From NCBI RefSeq assembly GCF_009914755.1, contig NC_060934.1: a stretch of DNA of 64,000 bases, one strand, 5' to 3'. Under the pieces are notes generated by a model. It was not told the origin of the DNA, did no database searches, and saw only the letters and a list, made by a program, of their open reading frames with translations. Both the position numbers and the translations under genes were made by a program. This document shows positions 62,086 through 64,000 of this stretch, piece after piece. This stretch comes from the human T2T-CHM13v2.0 reference genome, Homo sapiens. Each line of letters opens with the position of its first letter. The first letter of the stretch is position 1.

Positions 62086-62518
62086 TGGTAAAATAAAAAC
62101 TTCAGCCAAATTAAATTTAAAGGAGCTTAATTGAGCAATGAATGATTTGCAAATCGGGCAGTCCCCAGAATCACAGCAGATTCAGAGACTCCAGGGGTGC
62201 CTTGTGGTCAGAACAAATTTATAGACAAAAAAACGTAAAATGACCTACTTTCACTTTCAGAAGTGAGGTGCAGAAAGAGTGAGATTGGTTACAGCTCGGC
62301 ATTTGCCTTGTTTGAACACAGGTTGAACATTCAGCAGACTGTGAGTGGTTGAAGTAGGCCACTGAGATTGGCCAACACTCAGCTATTGTTTCAGGTGCAT
62401 ATTACTAAGTTAGGTTTTCAATTTTGTCTCACTGTTAAGCTAGGTTATAGTTCATCTATAAGGACTCAAATATAGAAGTACTGAGTCCTTCTCAGGCCAT
62501 ATTTAGTTTGCTTTAACA
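62086..62518 (-). mobile_element. MER57-family ERV1 solo LTR
   Basis: Reverse complement begins TGTTAAAGCAAACTAAATATGGCCTGAGAAGGACTC; 4-bp TSD atat at 62082-62085 and 62519-62522. Confidence 0.85.
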
Positions 62519-62629
62519 ATATCCTAATTATGTTCTTTTCCTTCAGCCAGCATTTTAATTCTAATAGGTTGCTGAATGTGACTTTTAATTTTTGAATCCT
62601 TATCCAAGCACACAGAAGGTGGGAAGAAG

Positions 62630-62790
62630 TGTGATGTAGTATAAAAGTGCTTGGATTTTTCATTCAAGTGTATATATGCTGGAAATACAAAATCAGCATT
62701 TATTAGCTGTATGCTCTTGGGCAAGTTACTTAGTGTTTGAATCTCTTTCTTCACCTGTTAAATGGAATAGTGAGGCCTTCCTTTTATGGG
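62630..62790 (+). mobile_element. MIR
   Basis: ttattagctgtatgctcttgggcaagttactta...cacctgttaaatggaatagt. Confidence 0.65.
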
Positions 62791-63759
62791 ACTAAAGACA
62801 GAAAACCAATCTACCTAAAACCTCCTACCTTGCATGACCCCTCCCACCATGCATAGTAGCCATTCAATTGCTGATATGGCACTCTTTTTCTCTTTCTTAA
62901 TTGAATTATTTAGGATATACTTGTTTTTTCCTTGAGTTCCTCCCTGGAAACAACTTTAAATAAGATACTAAAAAATTTCAGCTATTTGCTCCTATTTAAC
63001 TTGTCTACTTAATATTTAAATTCCTTTGATAAATATATTAGACATGATGGGTTATTCTCACTTTTCAATAATGATCTAGATGAAAGAGGCTAACAATTTG
63101 GTCAGCTAGAAGGAAAAAATTTCAATTTAGTGCCACTGACAGTTTTAAGGAAGGCAAATTACTTACCAAACTAGGATTTCATTTTATTTTCAAACTAATT
63201 ACTGTGTGTTTGTACCTCTGTAGATTATATAAGTAGGCTCCAGAAGAAACTACTTGCTTATTCTTCTTGGCCTTTTAGTCCTTTTAAAAGCTAATTTGTA
63301 AAGAATGACATGTAAGTTTAGATATACAATTTCTCATAGCTATTAATGATATTTCTTTACCAAACTCTATGAGAACACAGTAATGATTTTTTAAAGTGAA
63401 GGTATGAGGTATTTGAGGGAATTTTATGAAGTCTGGTCCCATTTGTTCACTGGAATTATGAAAAAAATATAGCAAAAGTAGAAGTCTTTGGATACTCTTA
63501 TAATTTTAGGAAGTAGTTTTAACTTATTCTCAGTTCAAGATTTTATTTTCCTTTCAAAGTCTGATGTGTTACCAATACCAAAACACACTTTTAAGTACTC
63601 TTTTTTTTTGGCAGCTCCTTTTTTCTTAAACCGTTCTGTGGAATTAGTAAAGAACAGTGAAATTGGATAAAGGCAAAGGCAATAGGGTAGAGGGGAGGAA
63701 GTAAGCCTGAACATCTATTACCAGTCTCTGAAAGATCAAATTTACCTTTTAAAGTAACT

Positions 63760-63990
63760 ACAGGGTTCACTTGAGTCTATTTATTTTGTCTATGAGGAAA
63801 TAGAGTGTCAGAGAGATGACATATCTATATGAACTAATAGCTACTCCTTGGAGAAGCCAGGACTGGAGGATGCTCCTAACTCATAGCTAGGTGATCTTAA
63901 ATCTCTCTAAACTTCCTTTTCAAATGTTAAATGGGGAGCATGCCTGCTTAATCAGGTTAAGTAGATTAAGCAGAGGTAAAGCACATATTT
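63760..63990. mobile_element. Two MIR fragments in opposite orientation
   Basis: ttttgtctatgaggaaatagagtgtcagagag (antisense) then tagctaggtgatctt...atgttaaatgggga (sense). Confidence 0.5.
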
Positions 63991-64000
63991 ATGAAGTGTT

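Noticed and set aside
62460-62490. Inverted repeat aaggactca...tgagtcctt
   Set aside because: Part of the recalled MER57 LTR consensus, not locus-specific.

Overview
Primate (human or close ape) genomic DNA, AT-rich and dense in interspersed repeats. The only host coding sequence I can support is one 47-nt plus-strand exon at 16977-17023 (tttttatttacag|CT GCT GCT GAA GGG AAA GGC AGA AGT GGG GAA GAC TTT TTT CAA AAG|gtaagt, reading (A)AAEGKGRSGEDFFQK). I recognise it from memory as exon 2 of BICC1, so the window is the end of BICC1 intron 1 and the start of intron 2. The rest is a transposon fossil record: about 15 Alus, MaLR/THE1/MER57 solo LTRs, MER/Tigger DNA transposons, and MIR/L2/old L1 pieces. 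It also holds an internally deleted two-LTR HERV-S (LTR18/HERVL18-type) provirus in sense orientation about 2.2 kb upstream of the exon, a young twin-primed (5'-inverted) L1PA2-like insertion, and an old L1PA16-like insertion whose target-site duplication encloses about 760 bp of non-L1 DNA (an apparent ancient 3' transduction). Nearly all listed ORFs are spurious or repeat-derived. I see no convincing novel multi-gene system; the best leads are structural. Subfamily names come from recalled consensus sequences, not from a database search.
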